From the NCBI GenBank assembly GCA_040880465.1, contig JBBDIK010000013.1, forward strand, positions 9,339-73,338: a stretch of DNA of 64,000 bases, given 5' to 3'. The translations under genes were made by a program, and so were the position numbers. This document shows, in pieces, positions 38,396 to 46,270 of this stretch (within the stretch, counting starts at the first letter, position 1; the number at the start of each line of letters is the position of its first letter). The notes beneath the pieces were generated by a model. The model worked only from the letters and a program-made list of their open reading frames with translations. It did not search any database and was not told the origin of the DNA. Source of the DNA: Actinomycetota bacterium. Its GTDB lineage: Bacteria > Actinomycetota > UBA4738 > JBBDHU01.

Positions 38396-40360
38396 GTGCG
38401 TAGAATGGGGTTCGAGATGGATCGCGATCTGAACGTGCTCGTGCGTGTCGTCCGTCGCCTCCGCAGCGAGGACGACGGGTTCACGATCGTGGAGGTCATG
38501 GTGGCGTCCCTCATCCTGCTGATCGCCATCCTGTCGACCGCCTACACGGCGACCATCGGGTTCACGTACTCGGCCCGCGCGCGACAGAAGCAAGACGCGA
38601 CCGGCGTCGCCAACTCCGTGTTCGAGGATGTCCAAGGCTTCTCCGAAACCATCCTGATGGAGGGCCTCGATTCTGCCGACCTGGACGCCAACAACGCCGG
38701 GCTCGTGCCCTGCGCGGGTGATTCCACGACCTGGTGCCTGGGGACGTCGAGCGGCGAGCAGGTGCTCGAGTCGACGGCCACCGAAGCTTCCGTCCTGAAT
38801 CCGCATGAGAGCACCGTCGAAGTGGGTCCGACAACGTTCTACCGGACGGTCTTCATCACGAAGGTGGATGGTGGAACGGATCAGCTTCGGGTTACGATCG
38901 AGATCACTTGGGGCACTCTCGATCCGGACACCGGTGAGTGGGAGAACACCCTCGTCTTGGACAAGGTCCTCGAGACCACGACGAGCTGTCCGATCGAGAC
39001 GTTGCATCCGTTCGGGGGTCCGTGCGGAACCGTCGTCACGGGCGAGGCCAACATATCGGACGGGTCGATCACGGTCTCGCCGTACGGGTCGACGCTTACT
39101 CCACCTTCTACGGCGACTGCGGATATCGCGCCGTTCACGAACGTTGCCAATCTGCTGGTCGTCACCCCGCCGTCCGTGGGAATGGACCTGGCCGCCGAGC
39201 AGGCGGGATCGGTGAGTGGAAGCGTCGTCACGTCCGGGGGCTACAGGAGCTTGACGACGGTCTCAGGGCAGACGACGACGGTGACGGAGGACGTGTGCGG
39301 GACGATCAGCGCGGCCTCCGCCGCGAACGACACCGAGCAGGGAAGCGACCCCTTCTCGCAGGTGTCGCCGACCGACCAGACGGGGTGCATCGCTCCCGGC
39401 TACCTGACCACCTTCCTGACGTCACCGCCCTCAACGACCGTGTCGAGGCTGGTGCTGGAGAAGCGGACGGCGGACGCATCGGCGACGACCGTGAGTTCGG
39501 TCACGGCCGCCGGGTCGGAGCAGTGCCCCAGCGGTAGCAACTCGAGTGCGGCATGCGGGTACGGGACCGTCCGGCAGGCCGGTACCACATGGATCAACTC
39601 CCTGGCCTACGCCGGGTCTCTGTCTGCGGGCAACTGCGGCCTGGTCCAATCCGATGCACGGACCTCCGCGAGTTCGGTCCAGAGCCAGAAGGTCGGCGGC
39701 AAGGTGGTCACGACCATCACGCGCAATCTGCCGAACGTCACGATCGGGTGCCTTCCCCCGAACCTCACGTCGTTGGCAAACGGAACCGCCACGGTGCCGC
39801 CCGCCTGGAACGCCCCGAGCCCCGCCTTCACCTCAACGACCGGGCGCACGGTCCCCGGGGCGACCGCCGGGACGTACCAGGGCTACATGCTGCGGATGTA
39901 CGGCATGACCGAGACGACCATCATCGAAGCTGGTACGGGCGCGGCGAATCCCGTCTACTCCCGGTCCGGGTCCATCCGGCACTGGAACGGATCCGGCTAC
40001 ACGACGACGACGATCACCAACAACACGTGCAGCCCCTCGTGCACGATCAGCCCGGCGACGCTGACCCTGGGCTTCACCGGCTCGGCGGCTCAATCGAAAG
40101 CCACCATCACGGGCGGTACGGGATACCTGTGCGCGCGACTGACCCCGACGTCGTTCACGGTTCCGTCCCTGTCGACCTCGGCAAGCACCACGTCGTTCCC
40201 GGACCCGCTCACGGGCTTCAGCCTGACGGAGCGCATCTTGACCCGGACGAGCACCCAGACCTGTGACTCGAACGCTGGGGGGGGCTTTACGACCGCGCTG
40301 AACGTGACGGTGAGTCCGAGCCTCGGGACGGCGACGGCATCCGTGACCGCTGATGGATGA
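38396..40360 (+). CDS. very large minor pilin (PilV-like prepilin N-terminus plus a Ser/Thr/Cys-rich domain of about 600 aa)
   Basis: ...RRLRSEDDG|FTIVEVMVASLILLIAIL prepilin signal (G-1, F+1, E+5). 654 aa. The remainder is Thr/Ser-rich with many Cys. Exact start is uncertain (38396 or 38405). Confidence 0.7.
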   Translation: MRRMGFEMDRDLNVLVRVVRRLRSEDDGFTIVEVMVASLILLIAILSTAYTATIGFTYSARARQKQDATGVANSVFEDVQGFSETILMEGLDSADLDANNAGLVPCAGDSTTWCLGTSSGEQVLESTATEASVLNPHESTVEVGPTTFYRTVFITKVDGGTDQLRVTIEITWGTLDPDTGEWENTLVLDKVLETTTSCPIETLHPFGGPCGTVVTGEANISDGSITVSPYGSTLTPPSTATADIAPFTNVANLLVVTPPSVGMDLAAEQAGSVSGSVVTSGGYRSLTTVSGQTTTVTEDVCGTISAASAANDTEQGSDPFSQVSPTDQTGCIAPGYLTTFLTSPPSTTVSRLVLEKRTADASATTVSSVTAAGSEQCPSGSNSSAACGYGTVRQAGTTWINSLAYAGSLSAGNCGLVQSDARTSASSVQSQKVGGKVVTTITRNLPNVTIGCLPPNLTSLANGTATVPPAWNAPSPAFTSTTGRTVPGATAGTYQGYMLRMYGMTETTIIEAGTGAANPVYSRSGSIRHWNGSGYTTTTITNNTCSPSCTISPATLTLGFTGSAAQSKATITGGTGYLCARLTPTSFTVPSLSTSASTTSFPDPLTGFSLTERILTRTSTQTCDSNAGGGFTTALNVTVSPSLGTATASVTADG

Positions 40361-40973
40361 GCCGGCAGCCGTGAGGACCTCTTCCGCTCCGAACGGGAGA
40401 ACGGCCGAGGATGGTTTCACGCTGGTTGAGGTGATGGTCGCGTCGGCGGTCATGATGGTCGTGATCGGAATGGCCGTCACGCTGCTGTTCAGCATCCAGC
40501 GAGGGGTTGAGCGGCAGGTGGACCGGCAGCAATCCGTGGATCAGGCCCGCCTCGCCGTGGAGCAGATCGACCGTGAGTTGCGCTCGGCGTCATCGATGAG
40601 CGAACTGAACGGCGGCGAAGGCCTGGTCGCCTTCACACTGAGCAACCAGGACACCCGGGAGGTCTCGACGGGAACCTGCGTCGAGTGGCGGGTCAGCGGA
40701 GGTAACCTCGAGACCAGGATCTGGCCGTCCGACTTCGCGGTGGGGAGTTCGTATCCATGGAGGATCGTGGCGACGGACATCGTCAATCCGGCCGGTGACC
40801 CGATCTTCGACGTCGATACAGGAGCGCTCTACGAGGGCCGTCTCGTGCACGTGCATGTATTGGTCAACGCGAACAACGCCTCGGGAAGAGATGTGGAGCT
40901 GAACACCGATCTCGCGGGGCGCAATATCGTGGTCGGCGAGGTGGATCCATGTGCGGCCTCACAGCCGGCGTAG
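40353..40973 (+). CDS. minor pilin (PilW-like prepilin)
   Basis: ...GRTAEDG|FTLVEVMVASAVMMVVIGMAV prepilin signal. 206 aa. Overlaps the upstream gene by 8 nt. Confidence 0.75.
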   Translation: MDEPAAVRTSSAPNGRTAEDGFTLVEVMVASAVMMVVIGMAVTLLFSIQRGVERQVDRQQSVDQARLAVEQIDRELRSASSMSELNGGEGLVAFTLSNQDTREVSTGTCVEWRVSGGNLETRIWPSDFAVGSSYPWRIVATDIVNPAGDPIFDVDTGALYEGRLVHVHVLVNANNASGRDVELNTDLAGRNIVVGEVDPCAASQPA

Positions 40974-40993
40974 GGAGCCGAAGGAGTAGAGGG

Positions 40994-42727
40994 ATGATGA
41001 TGCGAGTGCGGCGCGATGAATCCGGCCTGGCGATGGTCGTGGTCCTGCTGGTGACGCTCGTGCTGGTTTCGCTCTCGCTGGTCGTCGTTCAACTCGCTTC
41101 GCATAGCACGACGTCGAGCAGTTACGACCAGCGTCGTCTCCAGGCCGTTCACGCGGCAGAGACCGGCATCAACGAATATCTGACGGTCCTGCCGACCACG
41201 TACGGTCCCGGGCTCTGCGCTGACGGCCTCTTGGATCCAGGACCCATCTCCACGTCGCCTCTCCTCGAATACACGTTGGACGTCGAGTTGCGCGACGGCG
41301 GCACGACCGTGGGTTGCGCCGGCTACGACGGCAGGACCGTCGACACGGCGATCATCACCTCCACGGCAACGGCCGGGACCGCGACGGCGAACTCGACCGC
41401 GGTCACCCGGGTGCTGCGGGAAGAGGTTACGCTCACGCCCATCGACGGCGACGAAATGAACCAGGTCATCTACGCGACTAACAGCGTCGACATCAGCGGC
41501 AACGTGGACATCAACGGGTCTGCGACGGAGAACGATGCGGATATCTACGTCGCCGGCGACTTCGCCGTCAACAACTACGCGAATGTCGAAGGGTCCGTGT
41601 ACGCGAAGGGAAACGTCTCGCTCGGCCCGGCGTGTTACGCCGGGAGCATCTACGCGGACGGCAACGTAGAGAGCAACGGTGGCTCCTACGTCAACTACAT
41701 CTGCAACGGGAATACGCAGAAGCCGGGCGCCGTGGTGTGGGATAACGGCTACACGTATACGGTGCCCGCCGACGAGGGTGGGATCTGGGCCCGGGGGAAC
41801 ATCACGCTGGGCAACAACGCGTACTCCTACGGGTGGTGCACGAGTCCAGGGGCGATCAGCGTCAACCACTGCTCGGGGTTCAACCCGACCAACACGAACG
41901 GGTTCCCCGCGAACTGCCCCAACCACCTGGCGCCCGGGCCGAACCAGGATCTCAACGCCTGCGGGATCAACCGGACGCCGCCACTGGTGGAGACGCTCCC
42001 CTTCCCGTCGCTTACGTACTCGGCCGCCGACTGGACGGCCGATGGCTACGCGGTCCACAACTACACCACCTGTGCTGCGGGGCAGTCGGCCCTCGTGGCC
42101 TACCTTACCGGCGTCAACCCCGTGCCCGCGTACGGCGGTACGCCTGCATGGACCGCCGCGGAGATGACCGGCAAGAACGTCCTCAGGATCACGAGTACGC
42201 CGACGACCCCGGTCTGTGCGGTGACATTGAGCGGCATCTCCGGCACACTGCCGAACGATCTCGCCGTGATCGTCGACGGGTCCTTCGAGACGGGGGACAG
42301 CGGGGGCGGCGTGCAGATCACCAACTCGGGGGCCGAGACGCACACGTTCTACGTGATCCGGCCGCCGAACGGAACGCCTGCGATAAACCCGACCCCTGGG
42401 TGGAACCCGCGCACGGGTGATGCCTCCACGGCGAACTGCGATGTGACGGCTTCGAGTGCCACGCAGAACGGATCCCTGGCTAAGAAGGACCAGAAATATA
42501 CGAGCAAGACCGACATGTCGACGATCAACTTCTTCTCGTACACCCCGTGCGCCATCTACGCGTTCAACCAGAACAAGTCCGGGAGCGGCCAGTACATCGC
42601 GGGCGACACGGTCTTCATCAAGAACTCGTTCACCCTCAACTTCAACAAGAGCGACGTGCCGGGGGTCGTGCCCATCGGCTACGAGGCCGCGCCCGTGTAC
42701 GTCCAGGAACTGCGGGCAACGCCTTAG
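40994..42727 (+). CDS. large PilX-like minor pilin / putative tip protein
   Basis: AAGGAG lies 7 nt before the ATG at 40994. MMMRVRRDESG|LAMVVVLLVTLVLVSLSL is PilX_N-like (no E+5). 577 aa, with a repeat-containing Asn/Gly/Tyr-rich domain. Confidence 0.6.
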   Translation: MMMRVRRDESGLAMVVVLLVTLVLVSLSLVVVQLASHSTTSSSYDQRRLQAVHAAETGINEYLTVLPTTYGPGLCADGLLDPGPISTSPLLEYTLDVELRDGGTTVGCAGYDGRTVDTAIITSTATAGTATANSTAVTRVLREEVTLTPIDGDEMNQVIYATNSVDISGNVDINGSATENDADIYVAGDFAVNNYANVEGSVYAKGNVSLGPACYAGSIYADGNVESNGGSYVNYICNGNTQKPGAVVWDNGYTYTVPADEGGIWARGNITLGNNAYSYGWCTSPGAISVNHCSGFNPTNTNGFPANCPNHLAPGPNQDLNACGINRTPPLVETLPFPSLTYSAADWTADGYAVHNYTTCAAGQSALVAYLTGVNPVPAYGGTPAWTAAEMTGKNVLRITSTPTTPVCAVTLSGISGTLPNDLAVIVDGSFETGDSGGGVQITNSGAETHTFYVIRPPNGTPAINPTPGWNPRTGDASTANCDVTASSATQNGSLAKKDQKYTSKTDMSTINFFSYTPCAIYAFNQNKSGSGQYIAGDTVFIKNSFTLNFNKSDVPGVVPIGYEAAPVYVQELRATP

Positions 42728-42769
42728 GGGACCTCGCGGCTCGCTTGCATATCGCGGTAGGGTTCGCGA

Positions 42770-43549
42770 GTGCCCCTTGCCGTCGCGGTGGTGATCTGGT
42801 TCCTCTTCGGGCTCGTGTTCGGCTCCTTCGTCACGGTGCTCGTCTACCGGGTGCCACGGCACGAGTCCATCGCCAAGCCGGGTTCGCGGTGCCCAAGGTG
42901 TGGAACGCCGCTTCGGGTTATCGATAACGTCCCGGTCGTCTCGTACCTGATCCGCCGCGGCAGGTGCCATGCCTGTGGCGAGCGCATCTCCGCCCGGTAC
43001 CCCCTCACCGAGCTGGCAACCTCCGCCCTGTTCGTCCTGGCTGCCCTCGCGTTCCCCGAGGAGCCGTTCGTGGCCGGGGTCATCGCGATCTTCTTCGGCG
43101 TACTCCTGGCCCTGTCGCTGATCGACTTCGAACACCGGATCCTTCCGAACGCGATCACCTACCCGTCCCTGGTCATCTTCGCCATCGCCGTCGTCGCGGG
43201 GCAGCTCCTCGGGACGGGGATGTCCATCCTGGGGGCCGGCCTCGGCCTCCTTGGATACGCGGGGGCGCTGTTCCTCATCGCGTTCCTGTACCCCAAGGGG
43301 ATGGGGATGGGCGACGTGAAGCTCGTTGCCCTGATCGGGCTGGTTGCCGGGTCCCTGGGGGCCGCCGAGGTGGTCGTGGCCGCGGCAGCGGGCTTCTTCA
43401 GCGGGGGCATCGTGGGGCTTGGCGTGCTCCTGGTGCGGCGCCGGCGAGGCCAGACGATGCCGTTCGGGCCCTTCCTGGCCTTCGGGGCGGTCGTAGGGAT
43501 CCTCGTGGGGCCTCAGATCGCCTCCTGGTACCTGGGTCTGCTCGGGTAG
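42770..43549 (+). CDS. pilD: prepilin peptidase / N-methyltransferase PilD (A24 family)
   Basis: CPRCGTPL...RGRCHACGERI (DiS-P-DiS domain). Catalytic Asp contexts are LIDFEHRILPN and GMGDVKL. Eight predicted TM helices. Confidence 0.9.
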   Translation: MPLAVAVVIWFLFGLVFGSFVTVLVYRVPRHESIAKPGSRCPRCGTPLRVIDNVPVVSYLIRRGRCHACGERISARYPLTELATSALFVLAALAFPEEPFVAGVIAIFFGVLLALSLIDFEHRILPNAITYPSLVIFAIAVVAGQLLGTGMSILGAGLGLLGYAGALFLIAFLYPKGMGMGDVKLVALIGLVAGSLGAAEVVVAAAAGFFSGGIVGLGVLLVRRRRGQTMPFGPFLAFGAVVGILVGPQIASWYLGLLG

Positions 43550-43601
43550 CCCCTCAGCCGGACCTTGCAGCCCACATCCGCAGAAAGTCCTCAGGCACGC
43601 C

Positions 43602-43628
43602 GAAAACCCCTCCTGAGCGGGGGTTTTG
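43602..43628 (+). terminator. intrinsic terminator after pilD
   Basis: GAAAACCCC-tcctgagc-GGGGGTTTTGG. The stem is followed by, and partly includes, a T-run. Confidence 0.6.
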
Positions 43629-43656
43629 GCGCTCCCGGGTTTTGTAGCGGATGTGT

Positions 43657-43685
43657 TTGAAAACTCTTGTTGCTACTGTTACTTT
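43657..43685 (+). promoter_or_regulatory. candidate sigma-70-type promoter for the HTH-pilMNO operon
   Basis: TTGAAA, a 17-nt spacer, then TACTTT. It lies in the most AT-rich stretch of the window, about 100 nt upstream of the HTH gene. Confidence 0.35.
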
Positions 43686-43739
43686 CCGTGGCGCCTGACC
43701 TTCCTGATGCGGGATGAGGTTTTTGGTGTGAACAGTTGT

Positions 43740-43784
43740 CTCAGGTGCCACATGTTACGTGTAGACGCACGTATGGCACCTGAG
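43740..43784 (+). promoter_or_regulatory. 45-nt extended inverted repeat / hairpin abutting the SD of the HTH gene
   Basis: CTCAGGTGCCA-catgt-TACGTG-tagacg-CACGTA-TGGCACCTGAG. The outer arm is 11 bp and the inner arm 6 bp. The 3' arm runs into the GAGGAGG SD (43782-43788). Confidence 0.6.
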
Positions 43785-43789
43785 GAGGT

Positions 43790-44005
43790 GTGCGGCCCTT
43801 GAGCAAGAAGCGTGGTTTTTCGAGTGACCGGCTGCTGACGGTCGGGGAGGTCGCGAACGCGATGCGGGTCTCCAACATGACCGTGTACCGCCTGATCAAG
43901 GCGGGGCAGCTGGCCGCCATCCGGGTCGGCAAGAACTATCGGATCCGGGAGTCGGATGTGGACCGGTACCTATCGTCCCGGTCGGTCAAGGTGGAGGGGA
44001 CCTGA
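43790..44005 (+). CDS. excisionase-family (MerR-like, HTH_17-type) small DNA-binding protein, first gene of the pilMNO operon
   Basis: LLTVGEVANAMRVSNMTVYRLIKAGQLAAIRVGKNYRIRESDVDRYL is the canonical Xis-type wing-helix pattern. Its stop overlaps the pilM ATG (TGATG). The start may be GTG 43790 or TTG 43799. Confidence 0.75.
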   Translation: MRPLSKKRGFSSDRLLTVGEVANAMRVSNMTVYRLIKAGQLAAIRVGKNYRIRESDVDRYLSSRSVKVEGT

Positions 44006-45060
44006 TGGCGGGACCGCGGATCGGTCTGGACGTCGGCTCCACCGCCGTGCGCGCTGCCGAGCTGCGCTTCGGCGGCGATGTGCCGACGCTGGTGCGCGCG
44101 GCGCAGGTTCCGTTGCCGGCCGGTGCCGTCGAGGGCGGCGAGATCCGTGACTCCAACGTGGTGGGGGAGGCGCTCCGCGAACTTTGGGGCCGCGGCGGGT
44201 TCCGGTCCAAGCAGGTCATCATGGGCGTCGGCAACCAGCGCGTCGTCGTCCGCGAGGTCGCTCTGCCGTTCCTCCCGGAGAAGGAACTCCGGCAGTCGCT
44301 CGCCTACCAGGTGCAGGAGTTCATCCCGATCTCGGTGGAAGAAGCCGTCCTGGACTACGACACGCTCGGCGAGTTCGAGCACGAAGGACGCAAGATGCTC
44401 CGGCTGCTGCTCGTTGCGGCGCACCGACAGATGGTGAACATGGTCGTCGACGCGACCGAGCACGCGAAGCTGCAGCTCATCGGTCTGGATCTGAACCCCT
44501 TCGCCTTGGTGCGCGCGGTCGGCGCGATCGATGCCTCGCTGGACGAGGAGAGCGAGGGGGAAGAAGCCCTCGTGGACATCGGCGCCCACGTCACCAACAT
44601 CTGTGCGCACGACCGCGGCGTGACGCGGTTCGTCCGTATCCTGCCCTCCGGGGGACGCGACATCACGGTCGCGATCGCTCGTTCGCTCGGGATCAGCGAG
44701 GAGGACGCGGAGCGGCTCAAGCGCGGCGAGCCCGTCGAAGGTGGCCCGAGCGTGGAGGAGGCGCGCGCACTGGCGATGACGCGCGCATCCGGGTTCGTCG
44801 ACGAGATCCGGAGCTCGCTGCAGTTCTACACGGCGCAGTCGCCGGGGACCCGGATCGGACGCATCCTGCTGAGTGGCGGGGGGTCCAAGCTCGACGGACT
44901 GCTGGAGCTGTTCCAGGAACGGCTGCCGGCGCCCGTCGACCGGGGCCACGCCCTGCAGCGCGTCAAGTCCGAGTTGACCCTGACCGAAGAGGCGCTGGCG
45001 GAGGCTGAGCCGGTGCTGACCGTGGCGATCGGGCTGGGGATCCAGGGGAGGCGTGCGTGA
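44005..45060 (+). CDS. pilM: type IV pilus assembly protein PilM (actin-like ATPase fold)
   Basis: IGLDVGSTAVRAAEL..., GVGNQRVVVREVALP, LIGLDLNPFALVRAV, LLSGGGSKLDGL. Confidence 0.9.
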   Translation: MAGPRIGLDVGSTAVRAAELRFGGDVPTLVRAAQVPLPAGAVEGGEIRDSNVVGEALRELWGRGGFRSKQVIMGVGNQRVVVREVALPFLPEKELRQSLAYQVQEFIPISVEEAVLDYDTLGEFEHEGRKMLRLLLVAAHRQMVNMVVDATEHAKLQLIGLDLNPFALVRAVGAIDASLDEESEGEEALVDIGAHVTNICAHDRGVTRFVRILPSGGRDITVAIARSLGISEEDAERLKRGEPVEGGPSVEEARALAMTRASGFVDEIRSSLQFYTAQSPGTRIGRILLSGGGSKLDGLLELFQERLPAPVDRGHALQRVKSELTLTEEALAEAEPVLTVAIGLGIQGRRA

Positions 45061-45686
45061 GCCAGGTCAACCTCCTCCCCCCCGAAGTACGCCAGAAGAT
45101 CAAGCTCCGGCGTCTGACGATCGGGATCGGGCTCGCGGGATCCGGTGTGATCGCGCTGCTCATCCTGTTCTGGGTCGCACAGGGTGTGACGCTGCAGCGG
45201 GTCGAGCGGGAGACCACCGCGCAGGAGGCGACGAACGCAGAGCTGACGACCCAGGTGAATGACCTCCAGGTGTATCAGGATCTCGAGGACCAGCTGACAT
45301 CGCGGGACACCTTGGTGGCGTCAGCCCTGGAGAACGAGGTGTCGTGGTCCAGCGTCCTGCGTGACGTGCAGTTGATCATCCCGGACCGCATCGGGCTCTC
45401 GAGCTTCACGGGCTCGATCAATGAGGCTGGCAATGCTGGCGAGGAGGAGGAAGTCGGCATCATCGGCGAGATGGAGTTCGGAGGCCAGTCGGAAGGCACC
45501 CTGCGCCTCGCGCGATGGATCGCACGTCAGACGGAGGTCAACGGGTGGGCGAACCCGTGGCTCAGCAGCGCCACCGAGACGGAGGAATTCTCGAACCAGT
45601 ACGAGTTCAGCTCGACGGTTGACCTGTTGACCGGCGCCACGACTCCGCGGGGCAAGGGTCCGACGGGGACGGAGGCGGGGGCATGA
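45057..45686 (+). CDS. pilN: type IV pilus assembly protein PilN
   Basis: (V)SQVNLLPPEVRQK, the conserved PilM-binding N-terminus, followed by a TM helix. GTGA overlap with pilM. Confidence 0.8.
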   Translation: MSQVNLLPPEVRQKIKLRRLTIGIGLAGSGVIALLILFWVAQGVTLQRVERETTAQEATNAELTTQVNDLQVYQDLEDQLTSRDTLVASALENEVSWSSVLRDVQLIIPDRIGLSSFTGSINEAGNAGEEEEVGIIGEMEFGGQSEGTLRLARWIARQTEVNGWANPWLSSATETEEFSNQYEFSSTVDLLTGATTPRGKGPTGTEAGA

Positions 45687-46258
45687 ATCGGCGAGCTCCC
45701 ATCTTCGTCGGTATCGGCGTCGTGGTGGCGATCGTCCTCGTCTTGCTCGTGCTCGTGATGCCGCAGCGTGGCAAGGTGAGTGACGCGCAGGCGGCGCTCG
45801 AAACGGCCCAGGCCGCGGAGCTCACCTTGCGTACGGAGCTCGAAGGTCTGCTGGAGCTGAAGAAGAGCGCGCCCGAGTTCCAGCGCCAGCTGGACCAGGC
45901 GAAGACGCTGATCCCCGAGCAGGCGGACATCCCGGGCCTGATCCGCAACCTGCAGCTCGTCGCCAACAAGACCGGGGTGGATTTCGCCGTTCTCGGCGTA
46001 TCGAACCCCCAGCTGAGCGAGCAAGGGGATTTCTCAGCTATCGCTCTTACGATCACGATCAGCGGGACATTCATCCAGGTATCGCAGTACCTCTTCGAGA
46101 TCGAGCATCTCCCGCGAGCCCTGAAGATCCTCAACGTAACGGTCAGCCCAACCGAATATCCGACGCTGAGCTCGAACCTGTCCGTGGAGACGTATACGAC
46201 CGACATAGCTTCCGGTCCGGGGACACAGCCAGGCTCCCAAGCGGCTGAGGGAGGGTAG
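45683..46258 (+). CDS. pilO: type IV pilus assembly protein PilO
   Basis: TM helix, coiled coil, then IPGLIRNLQLVANKTGVDF...ITISGTFIQVSQYLFEIEHLPR, a typical PilO core. ATGA overlap with pilN. Confidence 0.8.
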   Translation: MNRRAPIFVGIGVVVAIVLVLLVLVMPQRGKVSDAQAALETAQAAELTLRTELEGLLELKKSAPEFQRQLDQAKTLIPEQADIPGLIRNLQLVANKTGVDFAVLGVSNPQLSEQGDFSAIALTITISGTFIQVSQYLFEIEHLPRALKILNVTVSPTEYPTLSSNLSVETYTTDIASGPGTQPGSQAAEGG

Positions 46259-46270
46259 GCTGAGGTAACC

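Noticed and set aside
43774-43790. TGGCAC in the pilM-operon leader, resembling a sigma-54 -24 element. Sigma-54 promoters are common upstream of pilin genes in Proteobacteria.
   Set aside because: No TTGC or GC -12 element lies at the required spacing (TGGCAC-ctgag-GAGG). The motif is simply the 3' arm of the inverted repeat. Actinomycetota are not known to encode RpoN.
43790-44005. The excisionase-family gene as a marker of a prophage or integrative element carrying the pilus genes.
   Set aside because: No integrase, recombinase, transposase, direct-repeat att sites or phage genes occur anywhere in the window. The gene is translationally coupled to pilM. A regulator role is more parsimonious.
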